Shown here: in pieces, positions 46,460 through 59,731 of the stretch
How positions within the stretch are numbered: position 1 is the stretch's first letter
Layout of the letters: every line of letters starts with the position of its first letter
NCBI GenBank assembly: GCA_038087875.1
Contig: CM075991.1
Coordinates: 9,054,001-9,118,000 of the forward strand
Length of the DNA stretch: 64,000 nucleotides
Reading direction: 5' to 3'
Source: Malacoraja senta
Lineage: Eukaryota
Notes under the pieces: generated by a model
The model's database searches: none
What the model was told of the DNA's origin: nothing
The model's input: only the letters and a program-made list of their open reading frames with translations
Made by a program: the position numbers and the translations under genes

Positions 46460-46509
46460 AGACCTGGACATGATGGGCAGAACGGCCTTCTTCTACACTT
46501 TGGCCATCA

Positions 46510-46915
46510 CTGGGCCTGTACTCGCTGGAGTTTAGAGGGATGAGGGCGGGGGACCTCATTGAAACTTACCGAATAGTGAAAGGCTTGGATAGTGTGGATG
46601 TGGGGAGGATGTTTCCACGAGTGGGAGAGTCACAGAGGCCATAGCCTTAGAATTAAAGGACATTCCTTTGGTAAGGAGATGAGGAGGAATCTCTTTGGTA
46701 AGAGGGTGGTGAATGTGTGGAATTCTTTGCCACAGAAGGCAAAGAAGGAGGATAGGTTCTTCATTAGTACGGGTGTTTTAGGGGTTATGGGGAGAAGGCA
46801 GGAGAATGGGGTTCGGAGGGAGAGATAGATCAGCCATGATTGAATTGCGGAATAGACTTGATGGGCCGAATGGCCTAATTCTGCTTATATACCTTATGAC
46901 CGTATGACATGATTC
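46510..46915 (+). mobile_element. CR1 3' fragment
   Basis: RGHSLRIKG...VNVWNSLPQKA plus 3' UTR. Confidence 0.82.
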
Positions 46916-47454
46916 TATGATTCAGAAACACAACGCAGGGCATCGTATAATCACAATCTGGAACTGTACTGCCCGTGGTGTTGAAAGACGGGACTATTAA
47001 ATTGGGTAGACTTCCTCAAGTGAAATTCAATGCACATATTAAGATTGGACCTAGAATTGCAGTTAATAAGATGAAGTAATTAATAATTGGATCTTGCCAG
47101 CAGGGCAGTTGCAGTCACTGTAAAGCACAGATCAAACCCAGTCGGACAGACCCAATGAAATAAATGATTTCACAGGCACTCCTAATAATTACACATGCCA
47201 GGATTGTGATGTAGTAATTAACTATAGTGAAAATTAAAATGAGAATTCCAGTTAATTAACAATTTGTTTTCTGTACCATTCAACAGAGAGCTGTTTTTTG
47301 TATGTAATATAATTCATGACACACTACAATAACAGATTCACTGGAGGGGCTAACCACTATGGTTTGCTTGTGGAGGCAACATTTATTATTAAAGGGCTTC
47401 ATCTCTCATAAAGAAGGGAATTGTTAAAATAACACGATCCCTAATACTATTATA

Positions 47455-48077
47455 GATACATAGATACATAGAAAATAGCCTGCACCGCCATTCAATATGA
47501 TCATGGCTGATCACCCAACTCAGTATCCCGTACCTGCCTTCTCTCCATACCCCCTGATCACTTTAGCCACAAGGGCCACATCTAACTCCCTCTTAAATAT
47601 AGCCAATGAACTGGCCTCAACTGCCCTCTGTGGCAGAGAGTTCCAGAGATTCACCACTCTCTGTGTGAAAACGTTTTTCCTCATCTCGGTCTTAAAAGAT
47701 TTCCCCCTTATCCTTAAGCTGTGACCCCTTGTCCTGCACTTCCCCAACATCGGGAACAATCTTCCTGCATCTAGCCTGTCCAACCCCATAAGAATTTTGT
47801 ACGTTTCTATAAGATCCCCTCTCAATCTCCTAAATTCTAGCGAGTATAAGCCAAGTCTATCCAGTCTTTCTTCATATGAAAGTCCTGACATCCCAGGAAT
47901 CAGTCTGGTGAACCTTCTCTGCACTCCCTCTATGGCTATAATGTCCTTCCTCAGATTTGGAGACCAAAACTGCACGCAATACTCCAGGTGTGGTCTCACC
48001 AAGACCCTGTACAACTGCAGTAGAACCTCCCTGCTCCTATACTCAAATCCTCTTGCTATGAAGGCCAACATACCATT
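47455..48077 (-). mobile_element. Young CR1 3' fragment
   Basis: ORF 47520-48104 essentially identical to the CR1 ORF2 C-terminus. Confidence 0.93.
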
Positions 48078-48628
48078 ATGGAACTGGTGAACAAGGGTCA
48101 CCACCGGACCTTGATGTTATTATGTCTTATCGGCACACCGTGGACCTGCTACCAGCAGGTGATCTGGGTTTGATCCTGACCTTTGCCGTGGTCTATGTGG
48201 CGTTCTCCCCGTGGCTGTGTGGGTTTCATCCATGGGGCAGCAGAGGAGTTGCGGCCTTACAGCGCCAGAGATCCAGGTTCGATCCTGACTACAGGCACTG
48301 TCTGCACTGAGTTTGCACGTTCTCCCAGTGACCGCGTGGGTTTTCTTCGGGTGCTCTGGTTTCCTCCCACATTCCAAAAATGTACATATTTGTAGGTTAA
48401 TTGGCTTCGGCAAGGATTGTCCCTAGGGTATAGTGTGCGGGGATCGCTGGTCGGTGCAGACTCGGTGGGCCGAAGGGCCTGTTTTTGCACTGTATCTCCC
48501 AACTAAACTGAACTAATCCCAACGCTCCACATTCCTCCCACATCCCGAGTTGATCAGCTGATTTAGATTGGTTTAGAGATTCAATGTGGAAGCCGGCCCT
48601 TCGGCCCACCGAGTCCATGACAACCAGC

Positions 48629-48982
48629 AATAATAATAATAATAATAATGGATTGGATTTATATAGCGCCTTTCTAATACCCAAGGCGTTTTACATCGCA
48701 TTATTCATTCACTCCTCAGTCACACTCAGTGGTGGTGAGCTACTTCTGTAGCCACAGCTGCCCTGGGGCAGACTGACGGAAGCGTGGCTGCTAATCTGCG
48801 CCTACGGCCCCTCCGACCACAACCAATCACTCACACGCATTCACACACATTCACACGCAGGCAAAGGTGGGTGAAGTGTCTTGCCCAAGGACACAACGAC
48901 AGTATGCACTCCAAGCGGGATTCGAACCGGCTACCTTCCGGTTGCCAGCCGAACACTTAGCCCATTGCGCCATCTGTCGTCC
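48629..48982 (-). mobile_element. tRNA-derived CORE-like SINE with L2-type tail, nested in an HE1 SINE
   Basis: A-box TGGCGCAATGG, B-box GGTTCGAATCC, CORE-like TGTGTCCTTGGGCAAGACACTT, L2-like GGCGCTATATAAAT end, (ATT)n tail. Confidence 0.8.
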
Positions 48983-49529
48983 TAAATCACCCCGTACACT
49001 AATCCTATCTTACACATTGACGACAATTTACAGAAGCCAATTAACCTACAAACCTGCACATCTTTGGAATGTGGGAGGAAACCGCAGTACCCAGAGAAAA
49101 CCCACGCGGGCACAAGGAGAATGAACTAGCTGTATAGACAGCACCCGTAGTCAAGATCAAACCCGGGTCTCTTGCATAGTAAGACAGCAACTCTACTGTG
49201 GCATCACTGTGTCACCAAGTTACCACCCAACACATGTACTGCTCCCGATGTCAAGTCATTTAAAAAGGGGATTGAGCAAGTAGACCTCCTCAACTTGGTC
49301 AAAAAGGCCCACTTCAAAATGTAATCACTACTCTACTCACTCCGACCTGCACGAGATAAGCACTGATGAGGTGTTTGCGCAGTAATCAACCAGAACCAGA
49401 ACCAGTTAGCCACTATTACTGTGCCATTCTAGTCACTATAACCTGCCCCTAATGTGTAGTCTGCGATGGATCTTGGGAAGAGTTGATGCGAATGTTGGGA
49501 GAATCAAGTCAGTTAGGGTAGGTTTGACG

Positions 49530-49832
49530 TTTAGTTTAGTTTAGAGATGCAGAGTGGAAGCAGGCCCTTCGGCCCACCGAGTCCATGCTGACCAGCGATC
49601 CCCGCACACTAACACTATCCTACACACACTAGGGACAATTTACATTTATACCAAGCCAATTAACCTACAAACCTGCACGTCTTGGAGTGTGGGAGGAAAC
49701 TGGAGCTCCCGGAGAAAACCCACGTAGGTCAGGGGAGATCGAACCAACTCTGTACAGACATCACCCATAGTCAGGATCGAACCTGGATCTCTGGCGCTGG
49801 AAAGCAGCAACTCTACCGCTGCGCCACCGTGC
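49530..49832 (-). mobile_element. HE1-type SINE
   Basis: Full HE1 layout. Confidence 0.9.
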
Positions 49833-49992
49833 TGATGTCATTTTCTCCAGAGTTCAGGGATTTTATGATTCGATTATACTTTAAGAAGACTACCTACGGT
49901 AAGTCTTCCCGACGGGCCCCGCCTGCGGACTGGGAACGCAGCCGGAGGCCTTTATCGAGGCGTCGCGGTCTTGATGCCTCCCGGATCTCCGC

Positions 49993-50068
49993 GTAGAAGC
50001 CTGCGTCGGGGCCCAGTGTGGGTAGAAGCCTGCGTCGGGGCCCAGTGTGGGTAGAAGCCTGCGTCGGG
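49993..50068. repeat. 29-bp tandem repeat (~2.6 copies) within a GC-rich repeat-like segment (~49880-50300)
   Basis: GTAGAAGCCTGCGTCGGGGCCCAGTGTGG repeated. Confidence 0.85.
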
Positions 50069-51218
50069 CGAAGCGGCCGACGGAGTCCGTGGCTGGAGCC
50101 CAGGTTGGCACCACGGAGGCGTAAAGTGAGGCCTCGCGGGTCGACCCGCGGCCGATGGTCGATGAAGAGCGTGGAGAACCACCGTTAGGGGGGAGGGGAA
50201 GAACAATGGTGGGCCCGGCGTGGGGGGACCACTATGGTGGGGAGGAGAAAGGTCAAAAGGGGGAGCCGTCGTGCTTTGTAACTTTGTCAACGCTTGATAG
50301 TTGATGGAGGCTCGTTGGGCCGAAAGGCCTGTTTCCATGCTATGTGACCATATGATTCTGTAAGCTGCATTAGGTAGGTAAATACTTAAGTATTGTTCAA
50401 ACATGCAAGCGTGTTTGCAGTTGGATTGCAACGTGCACTAAATATTTCAATATGAGGTGTTGCTCCAAATTATGTTCAAAGATTATACAGCGAGCTTAGA
50501 GCTCACCTGAAGGACATTCACAAGTTGCTGGTAGGAGGTTATCATTCCTAAAATCATGTTGGTTCTTCTAGTCCCCATCCTTACATCTGGTTGATAGGCT
50601 GGAGTAATCAGTGGGTCAGGCAGCATCTGCGGAGAAAGGGAATAGGAATAGGTGACGTTTCGGGTCTTCAGACTGAGAGTCGGGAGGGAAAGGGGAGCCA
50701 GAGGTATGAGGAGGTTTTTGTACCAGGAAACCAGGAGTATCTAGCAGGGTGTGATGGTGCAGTGGTTACGTTACATCACTTGCAGCCGGAGTTATGGACC
50801 ATTAATCCAGATATCTGAGGTCATATCCCACCACGGCATGTGGTGAATTTATACTCGTAATTAAATAAATTGTAGAATTTACTAAAGAATTCAATCACAG
50901 TAATGGCAGCAAAGGGATTGTCGTCAGTGTCTGTCTGGCACACCAATGACCTCTTAGAAAGGAAATCTGCCATCCTTTCGCAGTTTGGCATCTTTAAGTG
51001 GCTCAATGGTTGATGCACAGTTTGGGCGCAATTAGGGATGGGCGATAAATGCTGGCACTGCCACTGGAGTTCGTGTCAAGTGAACGGATGAATTAAGTAC
51101 AGACAGGAGGTAAAGTTTGTGGTTCAGGTCAAGCAGAACTCCAAGTATACATTTCTCGAACTCGCCTTACCGAGAGCAAGATGGGCTGATTTAGTTTAGT
51201 TTAGTTGAGAAATACAAC

Positions 51219-51272
51219 GGGGTGGGAGATTGCAACCTTCACGTGATCCGCCCTGTTTCGACGAATGCAATC
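51219..51272 (+). ncRNA. Candidate HDV-like (CPEB3-like) self-cleaving ribozyme, copy 2
   Basis: P1 GGGGUGG/CCGCCCU (G1.U wobble), P2 GAUUGCA/UGCAAUC, P3 ACC/GAU (one mismatch), L3 UUCACGU, J4/2 CGAA. Confidence 0.78.
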
Positions 51273-51358
51273 AACCCGGCGTGCACAATCAAGTAAGATC
51301 AAATAAAACAAGTTGTCCTACAACTTTAGGCTGTGCACGCCATACGCAAGAAGAAGAA
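51220..51358 (+). mobile_element. ~140-bp non-autonomous (GAA)n-tailed element (Vingi/Ingi-like), copy 2, in an HE1 tail
   Basis: TSD GAGAAATACAACG at 51207-51219 and 51359-51371. Confidence 0.85.
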
Positions 51359-53939
51359 GAGAAATACAACGTGGAAACAGGCCCTTCGGCTCACCGAGTC
51401 AATGCCGACTAGTGATCACATGTATACTAGTTCTATCCTACACACTGAGGGCAATTTATCGAAGCAAATTAACCTACAAAGCTGCACGTCTTTGGAGTGT
51501 GGGAGGAAACCGGAGCACCCGGAGAAAACCCACGTGGTCACAGGGAGAACGTGCAAACTCGATACAGACAGCACCCGTGGTCAGATTCGAACTCAGGTCC
51601 CTGGCGATGTAAGGCAGCAACTCTACCGCCGCCCAAGGACTCCTGCATTGCACTATCCAGGCCACATTCACTTCTCAGCGAAGGCCCAGAATCAATGCAA
51701 GGCCGTTTCCTCATCACTGCTTGAGCCGGCAATGGTGGTATTAAAGATGCGTGTGAGCAATGGAAGGCTTAGGGTTATTGCAACAACTCAGAATTGCTTG
51801 AATGCAAAGCGAAAGGCAGGTTAAATGGCGTTCCTTTCCCCGAAGGAAGCAAGGTGGCTGAGAGCATAATTATGTCGCCCTGTGCCATACACACACACAC
51901 CAGAGAGAGTTTATATTACTTTGTGTGAAGGAACAGTTAAAAGGAATATCAATATAAATGTTGGCCACAGGACGCCTGGCTGTTGATAAGCATAAACATC
52001 CTGCTGCGTAACTGGGACTGAAGCCAGTTGTCAAGGCAACCGCCCATTTGCCATGGTCCACTAACAATGAAAGGGAAGAAACGCAAATAAAATGGGAAAC
52101 TTCAACCTGGAGAACCGGAGCGTTAGTCAGTGACTGAGAAGTGTCTGTCGGCTTTGACAACGGACAAAGGGTTAGGGGCTATTCCTGGAACGAGGTGCTA
52201 GGAGGTCTTCAATGAGTGAAAGGTTAAGGGCCATTCAACAAGGCAGAGATGGGGAGCTGTTCAACAGGTAAGACGTTGGGGCCGTTAATGAATGAGAAGT
52301 TAGGGGCGACTCAACAAGTGACTGATTAGGGATTGAGTAAAATATAACGGATTATTCATCAATGAGAGGTGCAGGCTAATCAATAAGTCAAGGTTCCAAA
52401 GTGCTGGAGTAACTTGGCAGGCCAGGCAGCATCTCTGGAGAACATGGGTAGGTGACATTTCAGGTCGGGACCCTTCTTCAGACTGCAGAGATGCTGCCTG
52501 ACCTGCTGAGATACTTCATCACCTTGTGTCCTTTTGGGCATGAATCAGAATCTGCAGTTCTTTATTCCTACAATAAATCAAGGATTACGGTTGTTCAACA
52601 AGATGGCGGGGTTGGTGCGGTGGGGAACATTACCGGGCATTGCAGGAGTGAACAAGCTTGAGATAGACACAAAAAGCTGGAGTAACTCAACAGGTCAAGC
52701 AGCATCTCTGGAGAGAACGGATAATGTGACATTTCAGGTCGGGCCCCCTTCAGGCTTGGATTGTTTTCTCTGGTACATGGGACGTTGAGGAGACATGATA
52801 GAAGTATATAACATGTTGAGAGATATAGATAGAGTAGACTATCAGAACCTTCTTCCCAGGGTGGAAATGTCAAAGATTAGAGGCTATACCTTTAAGGTGA
52901 GAAGGGAACATTTAAAGATGTACAGGGCAAGATTTTATTCGCACACAGAGAGGTGGGTGCCAGGAATGCATTGCCATGGGTGGTGATGATAGAGACAGGT
53001 ATGATATTGGCATTCAAGAGACTTTTAGATCCTCCCATATTCCAAAGACGTGCGGGTATTGGCTTCCGAAAATTGTCCCAAATATGTAGGATAGAACTAC
53101 TGTACGGGGATCGCTGGTTGGTGTGGACTCAGTGGGCCAAAGGGCCTGTTTCCACGCTGTATCTCTAAACTAAACTAATCTAAACTAACAAAGTCGTAGA
53201 ATTATACAGTATTGAAACAGGCCGTTCAGCCTATTTTGTCCATGCCAACCAATTTGACATTCTGGGCTGGAGCCATTTGTTTACACTTTCCCCATATTCC
53301 AATAAAAACCTGCTTATCCATATATTTGTCCAAATGTCTTTTGAAAGTCATTATTGTATCCACTCATACTGGTTCCTCTGGCTGCTCATTCCAGATGCGT
53401 ACTATCCTCTGAATGAAAAGAATTGCCCTCTTAAATCTCTCCCCTCTCATGTTAAGCATGTGCCCTCTAGTTTTAGAATCCTCTGCCCTGGGAAAAAGAC
53501 AGTAAAAAAATAACGAAAGCCCCATTAAAAAAAGTGACCATTCTTTAAAACATACACGCAATGATCTGACCAGTGTAAGAAACAGTTGGACAGGTGCATG
53601 GATACGACAGGTTTGGAGGGATATGGACCGAATGCAGGCATGTGGAACTAGTGCAAATGGGACATGTTGGCCGGTGTGGGCAAGTTGGGCCGAAGGACCT
53701 GTTTCCACGCTGTATCACTCCATAACCTGATGACTCTAGGAGACCAATTAGCCCCTCATGCCTGCCCTTTCACTTTGGAGGAAAGTACTAAATCGGGTAG
53801 GGTAAATGACAGCCTTATTAGGCAGGAGCCTTGGAAAGTGACTTAGGAGCAGCGGTTATTAGATAACTTAACCCCAGATAGGTTGGCGATGTTTAAAGAC
53901 CAGCTGAATAAAGTTCAGAGCCTGCAGGTTCCAGTAACT

Positions 53940-54431
53940 GGCATGGCATGGCAAGGCATGGCATGGCAAGGCAAGGCAAGGCAAGGCAAGGCAAGGCAAG
54001 GCATGGCAAGGCAAGGCATGGCATGGCAAGGCAAGGCAAGGCATGGCATGGCAAGGCATGGCAAGGCAAGGCAAGGCAAGGCAAGACATGGCATGGCAAG
54101 GCATGGCATGGCAAGGCAAGGCATGGCAAGGCATGGCAAGGCAAGGCATAGCATGGCAAGGCAAGGCAAGGCATGGCATGGCAAGGCATGGCAAGGCAAG
54201 GCAAGGCAAGGCAAGGCATGGCATGGCAAGGCATGGCATGGCAAGGCAAGGCATGGCAAGGCATGGCAAGGCAAGGCATGGCATGGCATGGCAAGGCAAG
54301 GCAAAGCAAGGCATGGCATGGCAAGGCAAGGCAAGGCAAGGCAAGGCAAGGCATGGCATGGCAAGGCATGGCAAGGCATGGCAAGGCATGGCAAGGCAAG
54401 GCATGGTACGGCAAGGCAAGGCATGGCAAGG
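53940..54431. repeat. (GGCAA/GGCAT)n pentanucleotide satellite, ~98 units
   Basis: Direct inspection. Confidence 0.97.
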
Positions 54432-55634
54432 TAAGGGAACCTTGAATGACCAGAGAGGTTGTAAATTTGGGTGAAAAAGTAAAACGAGGTGCATGTAAGA
54501 AGTATATGCTGGAATCATACTGGGGTCATTCAGATCTATGGTGTAAGTGGAGAAATAACTCAAGCAGAGAATTGGAAAAACAAAAAGCGGTCACGAAGTA
54601 TCATCACCAAACATGATAGGATTAAGGAGAATGCCAGAGTATTTTATACATACATTATAACCAAGAAGTGTAGGAAGGAACTGCAGATGCTGGTTTAAAA
54701 CCAAAGATAGACACAAAATGTTGTTGTAACTCAGCGGGTCAAGCAGCATCTCTTGAGAAAAGGAGCAGGTGATGTTTTGGGTGGAGACACTTCTTCACAC
54801 TGGGTTTCTTGGTTTCTTGGTTTCTTGGTCCTCCAAAATATTCCAAATGGGAATTTAAACTGGAGGTGGTGGAGGGAGGACTTAAGCCAGAAGGGGTTTT
54901 TGGGAAGAAAGAGCTACGTTAAATTTAGTTGCATCTGGTTGGGTAACTATGGTAGGGTGAAGATTATTCATGCTTTAATTGTGCGGGGGGAAGAACGAAT
55001 TGTTGTACACATCTGTCTTGGTAGCTAGAATCACAAATTGGATCGAATGCCCTCGTCTGCTCCTAATTGGTTTGGGTTTGGTGTAGGTCTTGTAATCTGT
55101 GTCGAGCTGACCATTTAACATTTTGTAAAAGCAGGTCAAACAGGGTTAGCCAAAAGGTTACCTTGGCAAAAGGTAGGACCACTCATTGAATGATAAAATG
55201 ATATGCATTTGAGCGAAAGCGTCGGGAAGTCATGTTGAAGCTTTATAAAACTTTGGTTAAGACATATCTAGAGAATTGTGTGCAGTTCTTGGCATCCTGT
55301 TACAGAAAGGATGTGAAGGCTTTGGAGAAGGTGCAGAAGAGGTTTACCGGGATGCTGCCTGGATTAGAGGGCAGTTGCTATAAGGAGAGTTTGGACGAAC
55401 TTGAATTTTTTACTTTAGAACATCAGAGGCTGCATAAAGACCTGACAGAAGTTTATATGAGAGACAGAAATTTAACCCGGGTCTCTGGTGCCACACGGCA
55501 GCAACTCCCCGCTGCACCACCATGTCACCCCTAATTACATTGTATGCCATGTTGTTACCTTCCCCTCGTCTATCAATGAACCAGACTACATTTCCTTATC
55601 ACCACCTACTTTGATCTGTAGTTTTCACACCTTA

Positions 55635-56028
55635 CATAGAAACATAGAAATTAGGTACAGGAGTAGGCCATTCGGCCCTTCGAGCCTGCACCGCCATTCA
55701 ATATGATCATGGCTGATCATCCAACTCAGTATCCCGTACCTGCCTTCTCTCGATACCCTCTGATCCCTTTAGCCACAAGGGCCACATCTAGCTCCCTCTT
55801 AAATATAGCCAATGAACTGGCCTCGACTACCCTCTGTGGCAGAGAGTTCCAGAGATTCACCACTCTCTGTGTGAAAAAAGTTCTTCTCATCTCAGTTTTA
55901 AAGGATTTCCCCCTTATCCTTAAGCTGTGACCCCTTGTCCTGGACTTCCCCAACATCGGGAGCAATCTTCCTGTATCTAGCCTGTCCAACCCCTTAAGAA
56001 TTTTGTAAGTTTCTATAAGATCCCCTCT
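55635..56028 (-). mobile_element. Young CR1 3' fragment
   Basis: ORF 55726-55989 plus 3' UTR. Confidence 0.92.
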
Positions 56029-57344
56029 CCATATCTACCCTTCTATAATTACCCTTCCATATCTCTAGACTCTCTCTCCCCTGACTCTCAGTCTGAAGGA
56101 GGGTCTCGACCCGAAAGGTCACCCATTCCTTCTCTCCAGAGATGCTGCCTGTCCCGCTGAGTTACTCCAACATTTTGTGTCTATCTTCGGCGTAAACCGG
56201 CAGGGGGGCCCAACATCGAAAGCCTGGATCGCCTCAACGCAGAGGGAGAACAAGCAAGGAAGAGATAAGACTTTTTGCCTTCCATCACAGTGAGGAGGTG
56301 TCTGGAGATCCACGGTGATGGATGTTTGTGTTAAATTGTGTTCATTGTGTGTTCTGTTACTTTATTTTCTGTCGTGACTGCAAGGTACCCAATTTCCTTC
56401 AAACTAATAAGTTAACTAATAATGAGAATAATGGAAACTCAACTCAACTCAACTCAACTCAACATCTGCAGTTCCATTCTACCCATTTCCTTCCCGTTCC
56501 CCCACAGCCTGGATTCTGTCTGCAAACTGATCGTTAAATGGCTGCTATTTTCTTACACATATTATGTTGACACCTTTTGTTCTTTCAAAAACCACTGAAT
56601 GCTGTAAAAAGAAATTTACATTTAAAGTGGTGTCTCAAAAAACCTTCCTGTACAACTGCCATTATTTTAATCCTGACCGTATCTCAAGAAGAGGCTTCAA
56701 GCAATAATATAGATATGGACACTGAGGGTTAATTAGCTGCAAATGTTAATAACATCTCTCTCAAAAGTGGTGCCACAGAAAACACGCACTTAAATAAATG
56801 GACGGAGACAGCAACTTTCACAAACTCGGACTATTAGACACAAAATGCTGGAGTAACTCAGCGAGACGGGCATTTTCTGTCCCGTTGAGAGATGCTGCCT
56901 GTCCTGCTGAGTTATTCTGGTATTTTATGTCTATCTTCAGTGTAAACCAGCATCTGCAGATCCTTCCTTCACAAACTCAGGATGTCTCAATTCGCTTTAC
57001 GACCATGGAAGGAAGTACTTTTGAAAAGAGGTGACTGTTGTAATCACATCCAGTTTGTTCACAGCAAGTTCCTATAAACAACACAGTTCAGCGTAGGAAG
57101 GATCTGAAGAGCTGGTTTAGACCGAAGATAGACAAAAAATGCTGTGGTAACTCAGCGGGACAGGCAACATCTCTGCAGAGAAGGAATGGGTGACGTTTCG
57201 GGTCGAGACTCTTCTTCAGACACAGTTTAGTTCAGTCAGTTTAGTTTATTGTCATGTGCACCGAGGTACAGTGAAAAGCTTTTGTTGCGTGTTAACCAGT
57301 TAGCGGAAAGGCAATTCATGATTAAGGAACATGGCTCCTTACAG

Positions 57345-57775
57345 AGCAACTGGGCCTATATTCGTTGGAGTTCAGAAGGATGAGGGGGGGGACCTCATTG
57401 AGACGTACCGAATAGTGAAAGACCTGGATAGAGTGGATGTGGAGAGGATGTCTCCACTAGTGGGAGAGTCTAGGACCAGAGGTCATAGCCTCAGAATTAA
57501 AAGTCGTTCCTTTAGGTAGATGAGGAGGAATCGCTTTAGTCAGATGGTGGCAAATCTGTGGAATTCGTTGCCACAGAAGGCTGTGGAGGCCGTCGGTTGA
57601 TATTTTTAAGGCAGAGATGGATAGATTCTTGATTAGTAGAGGTGTCAGATGTTATGGCAAGAAGGCAGGGGAATGGGGTTGGGAGTGAGAGCTACTGTAG
57701 ATCAGCCATGATTGAATGAATGGCAGAATAAACTTGATGGGCTGAATGGCCTAATTCTGCTCCTATCAATCATGA
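57345..57775 (+). mobile_element. CR1 3' fragment
   Basis: GDLIETYRIVKDLDRVDVERM...RGHSLRIK. Confidence 0.85.
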
Positions 57776-57824
57776 ACTGACAATTGACCTGGATTGTAAA
57801 ATTACAAATTTGTAGGAAATACAG

Positions 57825-58108
57825 GGCGACACATGGCTACTGCCTTACAGCGCCACAGACCCAGGTTCGATCCTGACTCCGGGTGCTTGTTTGTACGCTC
57901 TCCCCATGACCTGCTTGCGTTTTCTCCGAGATCTTCGGTTCCCTCCCACACTCCAAAGACGTACAGGTTTGTAGACTAATTGGCTTGGTGTAAATGTAAA
58001 TTGTCCCTAGTGTGTGTGGGATAGTGGTAGTGTGTCATTGGTCGGCGCAGACTCGGTGGGCCGAAGGACCCATTTCCGCCCTGTATCTCTGAACTAAAAA
58101 CTAAACTG
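57825..58108 (+). mobile_element. HE1-type SINE
   Basis: B-box, body and tail. Confidence 0.85.
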
Positions 58109-58273
58109 AAGGTCTCTCAAGGGCTTGGGTGTATCAATGATGTGTATCAATGGGATACACATAAATCGGGCAGATGTAATGTGGGGAGAAAGGAGGAACT
58201 GCAGATGCTGGATTACTAAGTGCTGGAGTAACTCAGAAGGTCAGGCAGCATCTCTGGAGGACATGGATAGATG

Positions 58274-58914
58274 ACATAGATACATAGATACATAGAAAAT
58301 AGGTGCAGGAGTAGGCCATTCGGCCCTTCGAGCCTGCACCGCCATTCAATATGATCATGGCTGATCATCCAACTCAGTATCCCGTACCTGCCTTCTCTCC
58401 ATACCCCCTGATTCCTTTAGCCACAAGGGCCACATCTAACTCCCTCTTAAATATAGCCAATGAACTGGCCTCAACTACCCTCTGTGGCAGAGAGTTCCAG
58501 AGATTCACCACTCTCTGTGTGAAAAAGTTTTTCCTCATCTCGGTCTTAAAGGATTTCCCCCTTATCCTTAAGCTGTGACCCCTTGTCCTGGACTTCCCCA
58601 ACATCGGGAACAATCTTCCTGCATCTAGCCTGTCCAACCCCACAAGAATTTTGTACGTTTCTATAAGATCCCCTCTCAATCTCCTAAATTCTAGCGAGTA
58701 TAAGCCAAGTCTATCCAGTCTTTCTTCATATGAAAGTCCTGACATCCCAGGAATCAGTCTGGTGAACCTTCTCTGCACTCCCTCTATGGCTATAATGTCC
58801 TTCCTCAGATTAGGAGACCAAAACTGTACGCAATACTCCAGGTGTGGTCTCACCAAGACCCTGTACAACTGCAGTAGAACCTCCCTGCTCCTATACTCAA
58901 ATCCTCTTGCTATG
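58274..58914 (-). mobile_element. Young CR1 3' fragment nested in a PLE-derived fragment
   Basis: ORF 58374-58868; PLE sequence (…GATAGATGAC | GTTTTGG…CTTCAGA) resumes after it. Confidence 0.92.
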
Positions 58915-59424
58915 ACGTTTTGGCTCAGGTCCCTTCTTCAGATTGGGGAGAACCTGTAGGGTTTACATGCTCAATGTTCGACCCAATCAATGGAAGTAGT
59001 TGATCTCTCAATGGTCAATGATCAATGGTGTGTTTATCGTCACGTGAAACACATTTTTTGCAAGACTCTCCTCGTATAGAAGCACAATAGCCCCAGTTAG
59101 TTGCTGTAGTGGGTGGGGAATGCAGTGCATTGCAATCATTAACACGAGTACATGGATGGATGGGTAAATCTTGGGGAGCTGTTTGCCAGAATCCAATTAA
59201 GAATAACAATAGGACCTTTAAAGCAGAGAATTATTCCGATATTACTTTCAGGAAAAGAAACTTGATAAAGTAAATAGACATCAAGCCATTACAAAGGCAA
59301 GGAACTGAGCAGGCATGAAAACTGAAATATAAAAAGAAAATATCGAGAGAATTTGCATAGAATGGAACAGTGTTCATGTTTCCGTTCAATGATCCAGTGA
59401 CCATTCGGAGAAACAGAGGTAATT

Positions 59425-59731
59425 TGGTTTAGAGATACAGCACGGAAACAGGCCTTTTTGGCCCATCAAGTCGGCGTCGACCAGCGATCCCCGCACACTG
59501 ACACTATCCTACACGCACTGGGCACAATTGTCATTAACACCAAGCCAATTAACCTACAAACCGCCTCGTCTTTGGAGTGTGGGAGGAAACTGGAGCCACC
59601 AGAGGAAACCCACACAGGTCACGGGGGGAGAGCGTACAAACTCCGTACAGACAAGCACCCGTGGTCAGGATCGAACCCGGGCCTCTGGCGCTGCAAGGCA
59701 GCAACTCTACCGCTGTGCCAACATGCCGCCC
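59425..59731 (-). mobile_element. HE1-type SINE
   Basis: Full HE1 layout. Confidence 0.88.

Noticed and set aside
53868..54563. Long ORFs with ARQGK / PCLA repeats
   Set aside because: Translations of the (GGCAW)n satellite; no coding evidence.
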